Source: a virus
Virus record (IMG/VR): IMGVR_UViG_3300044971_004534
Length of the DNA: 64,000 nt
Reading direction: 5' to 3' (one strand)
Made by a program: the position numbers and the translations under genes. Shown in pieces: positions 8,417 to 18,283 of this stretch. The notes below the pieces were generated by a model. The model had not been told where the DNA came from and did no database searches. It worked only from the letters and a program-made list of their open reading frames with translations. The first letter of the stretch is position 1. Each line of letters starts with the position of its first letter.

Positions 8417-11400
8417 ATGCTATCACCAGTTATAAAAATAAACAAATTTGATTCTCACCTTAAGTCTATAGACGCTACACTGTCTAATCTTGACTATAAT
8501 AAGCGATATAAGATTGAATTTTCTAATCTTAATTTTGATAGTGTAAATGAAAGAGTTGAGATATCGTCTGGAACTTTTTCAGATATTAACAACGTTTCTG
8601 AAATCAAATTTTCTTATAAAATTAAATCTGACGAAGATAAATTTTTATATTGTCAAATATATGAATGGGACATTGATGGCTGGAAGTCTTCTCATATTGC
8701 AACGTCGGTCTTCAAAGAAGACGATGTTGTAGATAGTAAGTATATTACTGTTGATCCTATCTATGTTGGTCACAATGATAAAATTAACATATTAGTCAGT
8801 GCTAAACCTAATCATAAATATGACGTAATTGTTGGTAAAAATAGCTTTACAATTACTACTAATAATGTTGGTAAGTCTTCATTGCATATTAATGCAATCA
8901 ACGCAGTAGACTATAAAACATTCTCTCAAAAATTTGTTAAAAAGTATACTTGTAGTCTAATTGATTCTGAAAACAAGCAGTTGGTAGAGAACTCATTCTT
9001 TGAATTTGTTCCAGAGCATATGTACGCACTTGCTGCTACAAATGATCCAGACAGACCAAGTTGTGTAATCTTAGATCCAGATCCTGTAGCTGCTTTTTCA
9101 GTAGCGACTGAGCCTTTTGATTCTCCTTGTTTTGTGCAACCTTTAGTAGGTTCACTTTTTACTTCTGATGGAGCATCTTATGGCGATGTTTCTCGTCTTG
9201 ATCCAGATTATAAAAACTGTAATGACGGGTATGTTTCTTCGGCACTGTCTGTTGTAAATTCTTCTTGTAAAATATATAATAAGCCTAAATTTGTAAATTT
9301 AAATGTTTTTGACACAAACGCAAGAAAAAAGATAAAATCGCTTTATGCTTCCGGTGAAAATAAAATACCTGAAATTGTATTTTTTCATAGAAATATTGGA
9401 TTTGTTTACAGCGCTTGCGACGAGAATGCTTCTGATATAAATAACCCAATTGATCCTTGTTCTTTTTCTTCACAAGAAATTAAAAAAATACCAAGAATAT
9501 TTTTGGGGTGTACTACTGGCGCAAGCAAAATTAAAGTTCATAGTTTAGCAAGAGGTATTCTAAAAGCTCCGCCATCTTATTTTCATAGTGCTTTGATTGG
9601 AAAGAATGGAGCGGATGACGTAGAGATTTCTGATGGAGACATAGTAAATATAGTGTTTGACTTATCTAATGGTTCCAGGATATCTAAATCTTTAGAATAT
9701 AGTGACAGTACTCATGGCAATATATCTGCTTTCGTAGAAGCATTAGCTAGTGAAATATCCTCAGACTCAAATATAGTAAATGCAAATATTTCAGTGCGTC
9801 CTTATCCTGATCTCAAAAGAATTGACTTTACATCAGATACCAAGTTTATCATATTTGCTGGTCAGGTTAATTTTATAGATTCCAGCACTGGTGATTATAA
9901 AAAGAATAATAAAGTTTTAATTGTTAGAGATTCTAAATATACTTTTGATTTTGAAATTACAAACCCATCAGATTATGATGATATCAAAAATGTATTAAAT
10001 TCTGGTGGTACACATATGGTATTTTTGGATGGACAATTCAAGGGTTTAACTGTCTCTATTAACAAAACTGCAACTAGCGGGGTGATTACTCTAGACACAT
10101 GTCCTCGTGTTAGTGTTGAAAGGCGTGGATTGGGTGCTTTTATAGTGTCTGATGATATTTATTGTACTCATGTTGCTTTTATAAGTAAAGATAAATTAAT
10201 TGAAGACTCAAGTGGCACTGAATTTACTGCTTTACCATTTTTAAGAAATAATTTTAATGAAGTTATACCTTCATCTCACCCATGCATAACCGCTAACGGT
10301 CAAGTCTTGTGTCAAGGCTTGGTAGATGGTAAGTGGCAAATATTTGGATACTTTCCTGGCCTTACTGATTCTCCATGGCTGCAGCTTACTAGTAATGGAG
10401 AAAACAGAAATCCAAGTGCAGCATCTGATTCAGAAGGCAACATACACATTGCTTGGGAGACAGACAGGTTTGGCTACACCACAATTCAATATGGGTGTAT
10501 TGGCCCATCATCAAAATTAATCAATCGCTTAGCGCTGTCGGGATTGATTTCAAGACAAATTTCTGATGAATTGGTGTCAAAGATTTTTGATATTAATCCT
10601 ATTGGTGACGATGTAAATTTTATAGAATCTTCTTCTAATAATATAACTTTGTTACCAGAGATAGAGCTACGAAGTCTTGTCGCAGGAGCTGAAATTAGCG
10701 GTGGATCTTTCAGAATAGCTAGAGAGTTTACTGGTAATGTAAGAATAGATGATGATGAATTTTCTAATTTGGCACAGGTCCCAGCTTCATTCAATAAATT
10801 TGGAGCTATTAGATGGGCTGATGGCGCTCCTCCTGACTTTTACAACGGTTCTTATTGCACAAGTTATATAGTGCATTTTCAGCAAAACGGAACTGGTTCT
10901 GGCAGTACTGTATCAGCTAGCTTTTCTGCTTCTTTTAATGGGAAAATATTAAGAGTATTTTTAGGGCCTAATCAGATGTCTAGGTCTAATGAAGTATTTA
11001 GATCTACTGAAATAATATATCCTGCAGTTCAGTCTGGTGATCAAATCTCAAATTTTGTAATGAATGCAAGTGTTATTGATGGTGAAATAGAAATTTCTGG
11101 TGATGGAAAAACTTTAATATTCTCTATGAACTATAGGGATCTAGAACAAATAGGTCCTATGCAATTAAGAGTTTTGGTAGATGGTGTAAAGTCTCAAAAT
11201 TCAGTAGATCAGTCAAGTTGGAATCGAATATTTTCAAATAACGGAAAGGTTAGTGTTCCAGAAAATTCTCAGGTTTGTGTAGAGTGTTCTCCAAAATTTG
11301 ATTGCGCGATTGCTTCACTTTCTGTATATGAAAATGAAGCTGGAATACCTTTTGATGGACAGGAAAGGGAAATAAATCTTTCTGTGCATGCTGACTGCAG

Positions 11401-14400
11401 TATTGGCCCTCCAGGAAGCGACTATATAGTCCCTATTGGAGACACAACAAAGTCAATTTTTGAAAATCATATATCTCTTATAGAAAGAAGTGCTCCTCCT
11501 TTTGATTCTTTTAATGAGACAGTAATATGGTTAAAAGAATTTTCTGGAGAATCAGGTTTTTCGCAAGGTAAGCAATTTGCTTCAGAATATAGAAATTACA
11601 ATAATTATTTTATTGTAACTTTTGAAGATCAATCAAATAAATATTTTAATGGATTTACAAATACAGATCATATAACTTCTTTTACTTTGTCTTTATATTT
11701 TCAATCTGGCAGTTCTGCGTTGACTAAAGAAGTTGCTTTTGGCCAAGAGATTTTGTCCCTTTACGTATCACGGCTTGATTTGGAAAACACTGATATTACT
11801 TTAGGAAATGGAGCTGCTACTAGAGCTTACATTTTAGAAGATAGTGACATAAAAATACTCGTAAATAGTGCTAAAAATAAACTCACTTTCCAAATACCTC
11901 CAAATACTCAAGTAGACTTTACGGTGAGAGCTGTTGTGTCTTCTCAAAATTTTGTAAATCCATTTATAATAAAAGATCATAAAGAAATAGATTCATTATT
12001 TGTTAAATTTATCAATCAATTTACGCAACAAAATGATAATTCGTATTTATTTGATAACAATAAATTTTCAATTGGTAAAACTGAAAAAAGATATGACAAC
12101 CTCATTCCTTTGCTGGGAACTTTGAGATTTGATGATTTGAACATTAATGCTAATGCAATATCTGCAAATTTTGCTAATTTATCAACTATTCAGAATTCCG
12201 CAGAAGATATTGATTCGTTTTCGTGTGCAGATGTTTCTTCAATTAATACTTATGAGTTAATAGATCAGTTTAATATTGATGGAAGTGATAGTCATCTTGG
12301 TCATAGTTATGTGGGTATCATTCCTGAAAGAGTTTCTTTTATAGCAAAAAATAATGAGACATTAGATGAGTATTCAATAAGAACTGGATCTGTTGCTGGT
12401 TATAGAGAAGCCGTGATTAAGGATGTATACACGGGATATGCAAAAGCTTGTTTAATTATTAATGGAGCTTCTTCAGCGGGTAAGGCAACTTCTTTTGCTT
12501 TAGGAACAGTGTTTGTTATATCCGATTATGCCAACATTGACATATCGAGTAATTTTAAATTGCAGTTAGATGCTAATTATCTTCGTCTTGGCAAAACTGA
12601 TAAGCTTTTAATCAATAAATGGTCTCATATATCAAATGAAGCTTTTTATCAATCATCTGAATATAAATTAAATTATCATTTAATGTGTAACGTATTTGTT
12701 GATGATAGGCCGATATTGTCTCACAATGCTCAAGTAGATTTAAGTGATAAAAATAGACAATGGGATATTTGCTTTGGCTCTCCATTTGGTTCTTATCCTG
12801 TGTGCAGAAATGGAAACTCTAGTTTCTTAGATTTTATTTCTGCTACTAATTGGGAGCTTAACTTTAATAATATTAGAGTTGGCAGTCCACGCATGGTTAT
12901 AGCAAGTGGGGCTTCAGAAGTATCTTCCTACACATACTCTTCGCCTTCATTAGTAAAACCTGTTCCAAATTCTGATTCAAACACAAAAAATGAAATATTT
13001 TCAGAGTCGCTAATAGATCCTGGTGATTGGGTGTGTCTCGAAGATTCTAGTCTTCTTGTAGATCAGTGGTCTGCAGAGAGCGGTGGATGTGTCTATGTTG
13101 GAAGTTATGCTAAATCTGCTAGTGGATTTAGGTCTATATTGCTGGAGTCTTGTGTTCCATATAGTCAAGATATTATAAATCTTTCTTACAGGCTGTATCC
13201 GCAGATAAAAACAAGAAGAGGTAGAATATCGACTGGTAGTGGTGGAGGTCTGTCTCAAGTTACTGGAACCTTATATCCTAATGAGTCTCACAAAATTTAT
13301 ATTACAACAGGGCTAAGGCAGTTGCCTGAAAATTTGCCAAGACTAGTAAAAACCATACTTGTACAATGTGATGCAGATGTTTTTGCGTATAGACATCCTG
13401 TAGTTTCTGGAAGATTTGCAAGTTCTTTGTCTGCCCTAGATTACAAAACATTTAGATCCGATTTTATTCCGTCTTCCTCTAATTTTAACGTTAATATTAG
13501 AAACGTTTCAGATAATTTGAGTAGTTCTTTTGCTCACTTTTACATTAGTTACAACGGAACTGGATGGATAGATAATTTTACGGGTCCAATTGACCACACA
13601 AACGGAAGTACATATGGAGATTCAGTATTTTATATTGATCAAGATGGAGTTCTTGGTCTTTATAGAGGCTACAATTTAAGTGGAGGAATCAGTTCAGAAG
13701 CTAATCTGCTCAATCCTGATGATCCTTTGAAGATAGTTGCAGTTGATTCTTCTTTACATTTTAATACCACTGTAAATCAAAATGATTCTGCTATTGCTGT
13801 AACATCTGACGGCGATCTGGTCACTTTTACTTATGATGGTTCTGAAACTGATATACCTTCTTTTATGTATCAGGCCAACTTGCCAGCAGATTCTAATTAT
13901 GTTAATGTTTCAATTGGATGGACTCACGGTTGTGCATTAAAGAAAGATGGCACTGTTACATGCTGGGGTGATGACACTTATGGTCAGGTTAGCGGGCAGC
14001 CATCGGGTGTAAAATTTGTTCAAATAAAAGCTGGTAAATATTTTACTGTGGGCTTAAAAGAGAATGGAGAAATTGCTGTTTGGGGTAGAGATAATCATAA
14101 TCAAGTAACAAATAAGCCATCTGGAAAGTTCGTAAAGATAGATGCTGGTTCTGATCATGCAGTTGCAATAGGATTTGATGGCTATCCTGTGTCCTGGGGC
14201 AAGAATGTAGGTATTGCATATAGTGCTTCTATAAGGATTACAGATCCACAAACAAAATTAATTGACGTTGCTGCATGTGGTGGCGATGTTTATAATTTGA
14301 ACACATATGCATCTAGCACTCCTGGATCTTCTGTTTTAACTACTACAAATCCATTTAATGTTGGCATTGACGTTAATGGAAACGTCGTTGCTTGGGGGCC

Positions 14401-17400
14401 TTACGCGACTGCATTTACTCCAACAGGAAGAGAAGGCACTCATTCTTCTCCAAGCGTACCTTGTGTTGCTGTGAAAAAAGGTATAAAAAATGCATTACTA
14501 TTAGGTGTTGATGGCAAAATATATTCATATGGTATATCATATTGCCCGTCTGACCCCTCTGATGTAGATGCTCCATCAAATGTTTCATCAATATACAAAA
14601 CAGATTTAGATTTTATATCTGGTGGTTTGTTGGTAAGCGGTGTTGACGTATATCCAGTTTCAAATTTAGTGGAAGAAGAAGCTGATGTAGAAAACTTCAG
14701 ATTGTTGGGTATGACTTCTAATAATGAGTTGCTTACTTCATATGGACTTCCGTATCTTGCATCAATAAGTGGTGTACCAATTTCTTGGAATAATGGTGAT
14801 CTTCAGAAGTCTCCATCTTGCATAGTCGATAGATTTGATAAGTTAAGTATCGTTTGGGAGGACAATGGTAGGGGACCATGGGGTGTTGCATTAACATCAA
14901 ATATTTGGTTGAATAGATCTTTTACTGACAAAGTATATCTTTCAGAAAGATCATATTCCGGTATAAATCCAGCCGTTTCTTCTGACTCAAGCGGAAAAAG
15001 AATCGTAGTATGGGAGTCGATAAAAAATGAAAAGCATTTTATTGAATGTGCATCTCATGTCTTGCATCCTGACTATGTTTCTGAATGCGATATTGATAAA
15101 ATAGTTAAGTCCAGCAGAGAGCTCGGTATCGACCCAGATCCTTACGATCCATATAATGTTGAAAAGTCACTTATGTCATGTAAGGTCGAAGTCTCATTTA
15201 CTGCACCTGAATTTGGGAATTACTTTTTTAATATAAAGTTTAAGGATTATATTAATGAAAATATAATTTACAAAACCGCTTCTTCTAGATCTGAATCTGG
15301 CAAATGGTTTATTAATGGTAAAAATATGCCATTTAATGGTCAAGTAATCGCTCAGGGTGAAACTATAGCCTTGTCTTATGTTCCAGACGCAAATGATGAT
15401 GTGTTCAACAAAGTTCTTAAGGTTGATATAGGATATAGCATTGAAAATGAACAAGAAGAAGTGTTTATCACATATAAAGCTCCTAGTATTACTGAGGGGA
15501 GAGGCTATGGTTGGTGGGACATTCCTACTCGCTCATATCCCATAGAAATCAAATCTCCACCAGCGGTTGATTTTATAAATGAATTTTTAGTTTTTGATGA
15601 GGCTGCCATAAATGCTCCTGTTAGTGTTTCTGAGCAAAAAGCTAGTTATTTTGAGTCTATTGGTTCTTCAAAAGATACTAATTTTATATTCCCAACTGGG
15701 ATTGATAGTCTTCCTGGCTTCAGTGCTGGAGATTATGTAAAAAGCTTTTTACTTCTTCTTGGAGATGACGGACTGACTACCAATAACGTTGTTGAGGGAA
15801 CTTTAACATTCAGTGCTCCTATTGTTGCTGTTATAGTTGATTCTGCAAATCTCGCTGCAACTGACAATTATTTTAATGATGCTTCTAGGCCAATTGTTAT
15901 ACAAAGAAAAGGTTTGGTTTCTAATTTTCAATTTTATCAAGGTGAATATATAAGGCTAAGTGAAGATCGTAAGTCTTTGAGCCTGAGATTTAGGCAGCCA
16001 AGAAGAACTTCTTGGCCTTCAATTCCTGGTGGAGTAACCTCTACTAAGCCTGGCAGCGCTGTACTGACTACAGGCGATACTATTGTTTCAGTAGACGTAA
16101 AAGAAGTTAGTGTCAGTGGCCTTTTAGTCGCTCCTTCCGATGTTGGGGTTTTTGATAGAGTAGATGAAACTTTTGGAAGTGTAGGTCCTTTGGCTGCAGG
16201 TTTGAGCGCAAATGCAAGACCATACGGCAGTCTTAGAATAATAGTATCAAACACTGGAAGTGCAACTGGCCAAATAACGACAACCTATTTTTGTTCAAGT
16301 CCTATTATTAATTCTTGTAAGATAAATATGTCTTACAAGAACGATTCTACAGAAGTTAAGAATGTTCATTTTAAAGTTTCAGTATTTGCAGACTCTAACT
16401 ATACTGACTCTTTGATGGTATTTAGCTCCCTGTCTGATCCAAGAATGTGGTCAAGTGGTAATGATGTTTACCCAACTGCTGGATTAGGGATTGCTCCTAG
16501 TTCAAATATTGCTGTTAATTTTTCCCCACCTACTATAGACGTTCAGAATTTTCAAATTCCAGTTGATCAAAATTCAGTTAATGAGCAGTCAAGAGTAGCT
16601 GGCTATGGTAATTATTTTAACTTGTCAAGATCATCACTAATATGCGGAGTTAGATATTACATAATAGCTGAGTCTATAGTAGATGGTAATGCTTCAGAAA
16701 TCTTCCGAAGCTCTCTGCTATGTCCTTGCAGAGAAGAACTTTCATATAAAGAAGATGCTTTTGAGTGGCGTAGTCCGTTGAATGGTTCTAACAATACAAT
16801 TATCGCAATGTCTAATTACTACATAGGTCATCCAAGCGTGGTCGGCGGAAAAGATGGATTGTTTGCGATTGTTTGGGAAGACAGTAGAAGTTCTCAAAAC
16901 TCTTATGGTATCATCAATAAAAATATACAGCAAGTAGATTTATACTGCGGTTTCTTTGACACCAACAGAGACATTATTGAGTCTGCTTATCATGGTGGAA
17001 TTGACAGGCTTTTGGTGAATAATTCAAATGCTACTGATAAAAACATATTGGATTGCAGAATGCCTCATGTTGCTGCTGATGATTTTGGAAATTTCTCTAT
17101 TTTTGCTAATGTTGGTTATAATAAGATTATTAAAAGATACTTAAGTGTTGGATCAAAAATTACGCCAAACATTATAGAAGAATCCGCTAATACTAAAGCA
17201 TGCTCATTTACGTTGACCGATGTCACGAGGTATGCTACCGCTTTTGATGGCGGAGAATTTATGCAGGCTAGGGTTGCAGAGCGTTTTGTTAAATCGTACA
17301 AGTCTATTGCCTCATCTGATTCTGCTCCAGTAGTTAATGATTGTTTTATTGATTTAGAAGTAATAGGGATTCCTGGAGCGATGGCCTTTAGGATTAAAAA

Positions 17401-18283
17401 TGAATCAGAATCTGATTTTACTGATTGGATTCCAATAGGTATGGCAATCCAGCCATTAGATAGTGTTGGAAAAGAGATATCAGAAGATGCTTCTAAATTT
17501 AGAGAAGCGTTTAAGGGCAAATGGATAGCAAATGATATATTTATTGCCCCCTGGGTGCTTAGTAAGGGTGATGGAGTCAAAAGAGTTTGTCTTGAGGTTT
17601 TGACACAATTTGGAAAAACTCAACAATTCTGCTTAGACATTATTGCAGAATATTCATCTATGTCTTATGTGGTAGAAGTTTTCTACGTAGAATCTGGAAA
17701 GACTGAAAAGCTTTTCAAGCCAATTAAGTATAAGGGCATTCCTGTTGTGAACAGGAAAACATGGTATAAATCTGCTGAAAATAATCAAACAGCAATTACT
17801 TTATCTCTTGAAGATTTAAGAACTATTGATTTATCAGAATCCACAGAAGTAGATTTGTACGTGCAGGTAACTTTTGAAGACTCTCAGAGAATATCTAGAC
17901 TTAATGCACTTAATCAAATAGCCTCGTATGCTGATAGAAGAAAAGATTCTGGTTCTATGAAAGCTTATCTTTATCAGCAAGGTAGTCGCGTTTATCGTTC
18001 TGTGCTTAATCCTGTGGCAAACAGTGATGGCGTGTATTATGCAACTTTTAAAATAAAGAAAAATAATGGCGCAACAGATAAAGATGGATTAGGTTTTATA
18101 TTTATAGATGTGCCTTCAGAATGTTTGAATCCTTTTGTCAAAAAGTTTATAAATACGCTGAGGCTGTTAAGTGATCCAGGATTGGATCGCTCGTATGCCG
18201 AAGTAATTGATCAAAATGCATTTATTGAAAGGTACGTCAATACAGATAAGAGAAATGCATTTGGTTCTAGGAGATTATTCTAA
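8417..18283 (+). CDS. Giant structural protein (3,288 aa) with RCC1-like repeats and dispersed BNR/sialidase-like blades
   Basis: 9.9-kb uninterrupted ORF whose ATG lies 1 nt after the upstream stop. RCC1-like repeats sit at nt 13916-14206. Four blades of the type NP(A/S)xxSDxxGxxhhhWE lie at ~10409, 14966, 16829 and 17060. No signal peptide (MLSPVIKINKFDSHL...). Confidence 0.9.
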   Translation: MLSPVIKINKFDSHLKSIDATLSNLDYNKRYKIEFSNLNFDSVNERVEISSGTFSDINNVSEIKFSYKIKSDEDKFLYCQIYEWDIDGWKSSHIATSVFKEDDVVDSKYITVDPIYVGHNDKINILVSAKPNHKYDVIVGKNSFTITTNNVGKSSLHINAINAVDYKTFSQKFVKKYTCSLIDSENKQLVENSFFEFVPEHMYALAATNDPDRPSCVILDPDPVAAFSVATEPFDSPCFVQPLVGSLFTSDGASYGDVSRLDPDYKNCNDGYVSSALSVVNSSCKIYNKPKFVNLNVFDTNARKKIKSLYASGENKIPEIVFFHRNIGFVYSACDENASDINNPIDPCSFSSQEIKKIPRIFLGCTTGASKIKVHSLARGILKAPPSYFHSALIGKNGADDVEISDGDIVNIVFDLSNGSRISKSLEYSDSTHGNISAFVEALASEISSDSNIVNANISVRPYPDLKRIDFTSDTKFIIFAGQVNFIDSSTGDYKKNNKVLIVRDSKYTFDFEITNPSDYDDIKNVLNSGGTHMVFLDGQFKGLTVSINKTATSGVITLDTCPRVSVERRGLGAFIVSDDIYCTHVAFISKDKLIEDSSGTEFTALPFLRNNFNEVIPSSHPCITANGQVLCQGLVDGKWQIFGYFPGLTDSPWLQLTSNGENRNPSAASDSEGNIHIAWETDRFGYTTIQYGCIGPSSKLINRLALSGLISRQISDELVSKIFDINPIGDDVNFIESSSNNITLLPEIELRSLVAGAEISGGSFRIAREFTGNVRIDDDEFSNLAQVPASFNKFGAIRWADGAPPDFYNGSYCTSYIVHFQQNGTGSGSTVSASFSASFNGKILRVFLGPNQMSRSNEVFRSTEIIYPAVQSGDQISNFVMNASVIDGEIEISGDGKTLIFSMNYRDLEQIGPMQLRVLVDGVKSQNSVDQSSWNRIFSNNGKVSVPENSQVCVECSPKFDCAIASLSVYENEAGIPFDGQEREINLSVHADCSIGPPGSDYIVPIGDTTKSIFENHISLIERSAPPFDSFNETVIWLKEFSGESGFSQGKQFASEYRNYNNYFIVTFEDQSNKYFNGFTNTDHITSFTLSLYFQSGSSALTKEVAFGQEILSLYVSRLDLENTDITLGNGAATRAYILEDSDIKILVNSAKNKLTFQIPPNTQVDFTVRAVVSSQNFVNPFIIKDHKEIDSLFVKFINQFTQQNDNSYLFDNNKFSIGKTEKRYDNLIPLLGTLRFDDLNINANAISANFANLSTIQNSAEDIDSFSCADVSSINTYELIDQFNIDGSDSHLGHSYVGIIPERVSFIAKNNETLDEYSIRTGSVAGYREAVIKDVYTGYAKACLIINGASSAGKATSFALGTVFVISDYANIDISSNFKLQLDANYLRLGKTDKLLINKWSHISNEAFYQSSEYKLNYHLMCNVFVDDRPILSHNAQVDLSDKNRQWDICFGSPFGSYPVCRNGNSSFLDFISATNWELNFNNIRVGSPRMVIASGASEVSSYTYSSPSLVKPVPNSDSNTKNEIFSESLIDPGDWVCLEDSSLLVDQWSAESGGCVYVGSYAKSASGFRSILLESCVPYSQDIINLSYRLYPQIKTRRGRISTGSGGGLSQVTGTLYPNESHKIYITTGLRQLPENLPRLVKTILVQCDADVFAYRHPVVSGRFASSLSALDYKTFRSDFIPSSSNFNVNIRNVSDNLSSSFAHFYISYNGTGWIDNFTGPIDHTNGSTYGDSVFYIDQDGVLGLYRGYNLSGGISSEANLLNPDDPLKIVAVDSSLHFNTTVNQNDSAIAVTSDGDLVTFTYDGSETDIPSFMYQANLPADSNYVNVSIGWTHGCALKKDGTVTCWGDDTYGQVSGQPSGVKFVQIKAGKYFTVGLKENGEIAVWGRDNHNQVTNKPSGKFVKIDAGSDHAVAIGFDGYPVSWGKNVGIAYSASIRITDPQTKLIDVAACGGDVYNLNTYASSTPGSSVLTTTNPFNVGIDVNGNVVAWGPYATAFTPTGREGTHSSPSVPCVAVKKGIKNALLLGVDGKIYSYGISYCPSDPSDVDAPSNVSSIYKTDLDFISGGLLVSGVDVYPVSNLVEEEADVENFRLLGMTSNNELLTSYGLPYLASISGVPISWNNGDLQKSPSCIVDRFDKLSIVWEDNGRGPWGVALTSNIWLNRSFTDKVYLSERSYSGINPAVSSDSSGKRIVVWESIKNEKHFIECASHVLHPDYVSECDIDKIVKSSRELGIDPDPYDPYNVEKSLMSCKVEVSFTAPEFGNYFFNIKFKDYINENIIYKTASSRSESGKWFINGKNMPFNGQVIAQGETIALSYVPDANDDVFNKVLKVDIGYSIENEQEEVFITYKAPSITEGRGYGWWDIPTRSYPIEIKSPPAVDFINEFLVFDEAAINAPVSVSEQKASYFESIGSSKDTNFIFPTGIDSLPGFSAGDYVKSFLLLLGDDGLTTNNVVEGTLTFSAPIVAVIVDSANLAATDNYFNDASRPIVIQRKGLVSNFQFYQGEYIRLSEDRKSLSLRFRQPRRTSWPSIPGGVTSTKPGSAVLTTGDTIVSVDVKEVSVSGLLVAPSDVGVFDRVDETFGSVGPLAAGLSANARPYGSLRIIVSNTGSATGQITTTYFCSSPIINSCKINMSYKNDSTEVKNVHFKVSVFADSNYTDSLMVFSSLSDPRMWSSGNDVYPTAGLGIAPSSNIAVNFSPPTIDVQNFQIPVDQNSVNEQSRVAGYGNYFNLSRSSLICGVRYYIIAESIVDGNASEIFRSSLLCPCREELSYKEDAFEWRSPLNGSNNTIIAMSNYYIGHPSVVGGKDGLFAIVWEDSRSSQNSYGIINKNIQQVDLYCGFFDTNRDIIESAYHGGIDRLLVNNSNATDKNILDCRMPHVAADDFGNFSIFANVGYNKIIKRYLSVGSKITPNIIEESANTKACSFTLTDVTRYATAFDGGEFMQARVAERFVKSYKSIASSDSAPVVNDCFIDLEVIGIPGAMAFRIKNESESDFTDWIPIGMAIQPLDSVGKEISEDASKFREAFKGKWIANDIFIAPWVLSKGDGVKRVCLEVLTQFGKTQQFCLDIIAEYSSMSYVVEVFYVESGKTEKLFKPIKYKGIPVVNRKTWYKSAENNQTAITLSLEDLRTIDLSESTEVDLYVQVTFEDSQRISRLNALNQIASYADRRKDSGSMKAYLYQQGSRVYRSVLNPVANSDGVYYATFKIKKNNGATDKDGLGFIFIDVPSECLNPFVKKFINTLRLLSDPGLDRSYAEVIDQNAFIERYVNTDKRNAFGSRRLF
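13916..14206 (+). repeat. Three consecutive RCC1-like repeats; weaker flanking repeats extend to ~13790-14540
   Basis: The three repeats are GWTHGCALKKDGTVTCWGDDTYGQVSGQP / VQIKAGKYFTVGLKENGEIAVWGRDNHNQVTNKP / VKIDAGSDHAVAIGFDGYPVSWGKN. They fit the RCC1 signature G.xH.xAL...G.V..WG.N..GQ. Downstream lie NVGIDVNGNVVAWGPYA and ALLLGVDGKIYSYG. Confidence 0.7.
18269..18273 (+). promoter_or_regulatory. Shine-Dalgarno AGGAG for the 18283 gene
   Basis: The sequence is TCTAGGAGATTATTCTAATG, with 9-nt spacing to the ATG. Confidence 0.5.

Noticed and set aside
17116-17580. 154-aa ORF on the minus strand, the longest antisense ORF. All other minus-strand ORFs in the track (for example 1349-1561, 10486-10794, 15937-16254, 36047-36442) fall in the same class.
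   Set aside because: Each one lies entirely inside a very long, well-supported plus-strand ORF. They have no SD or coupling context, and their translations are low-complexity. They are best explained as chance antisense frames.
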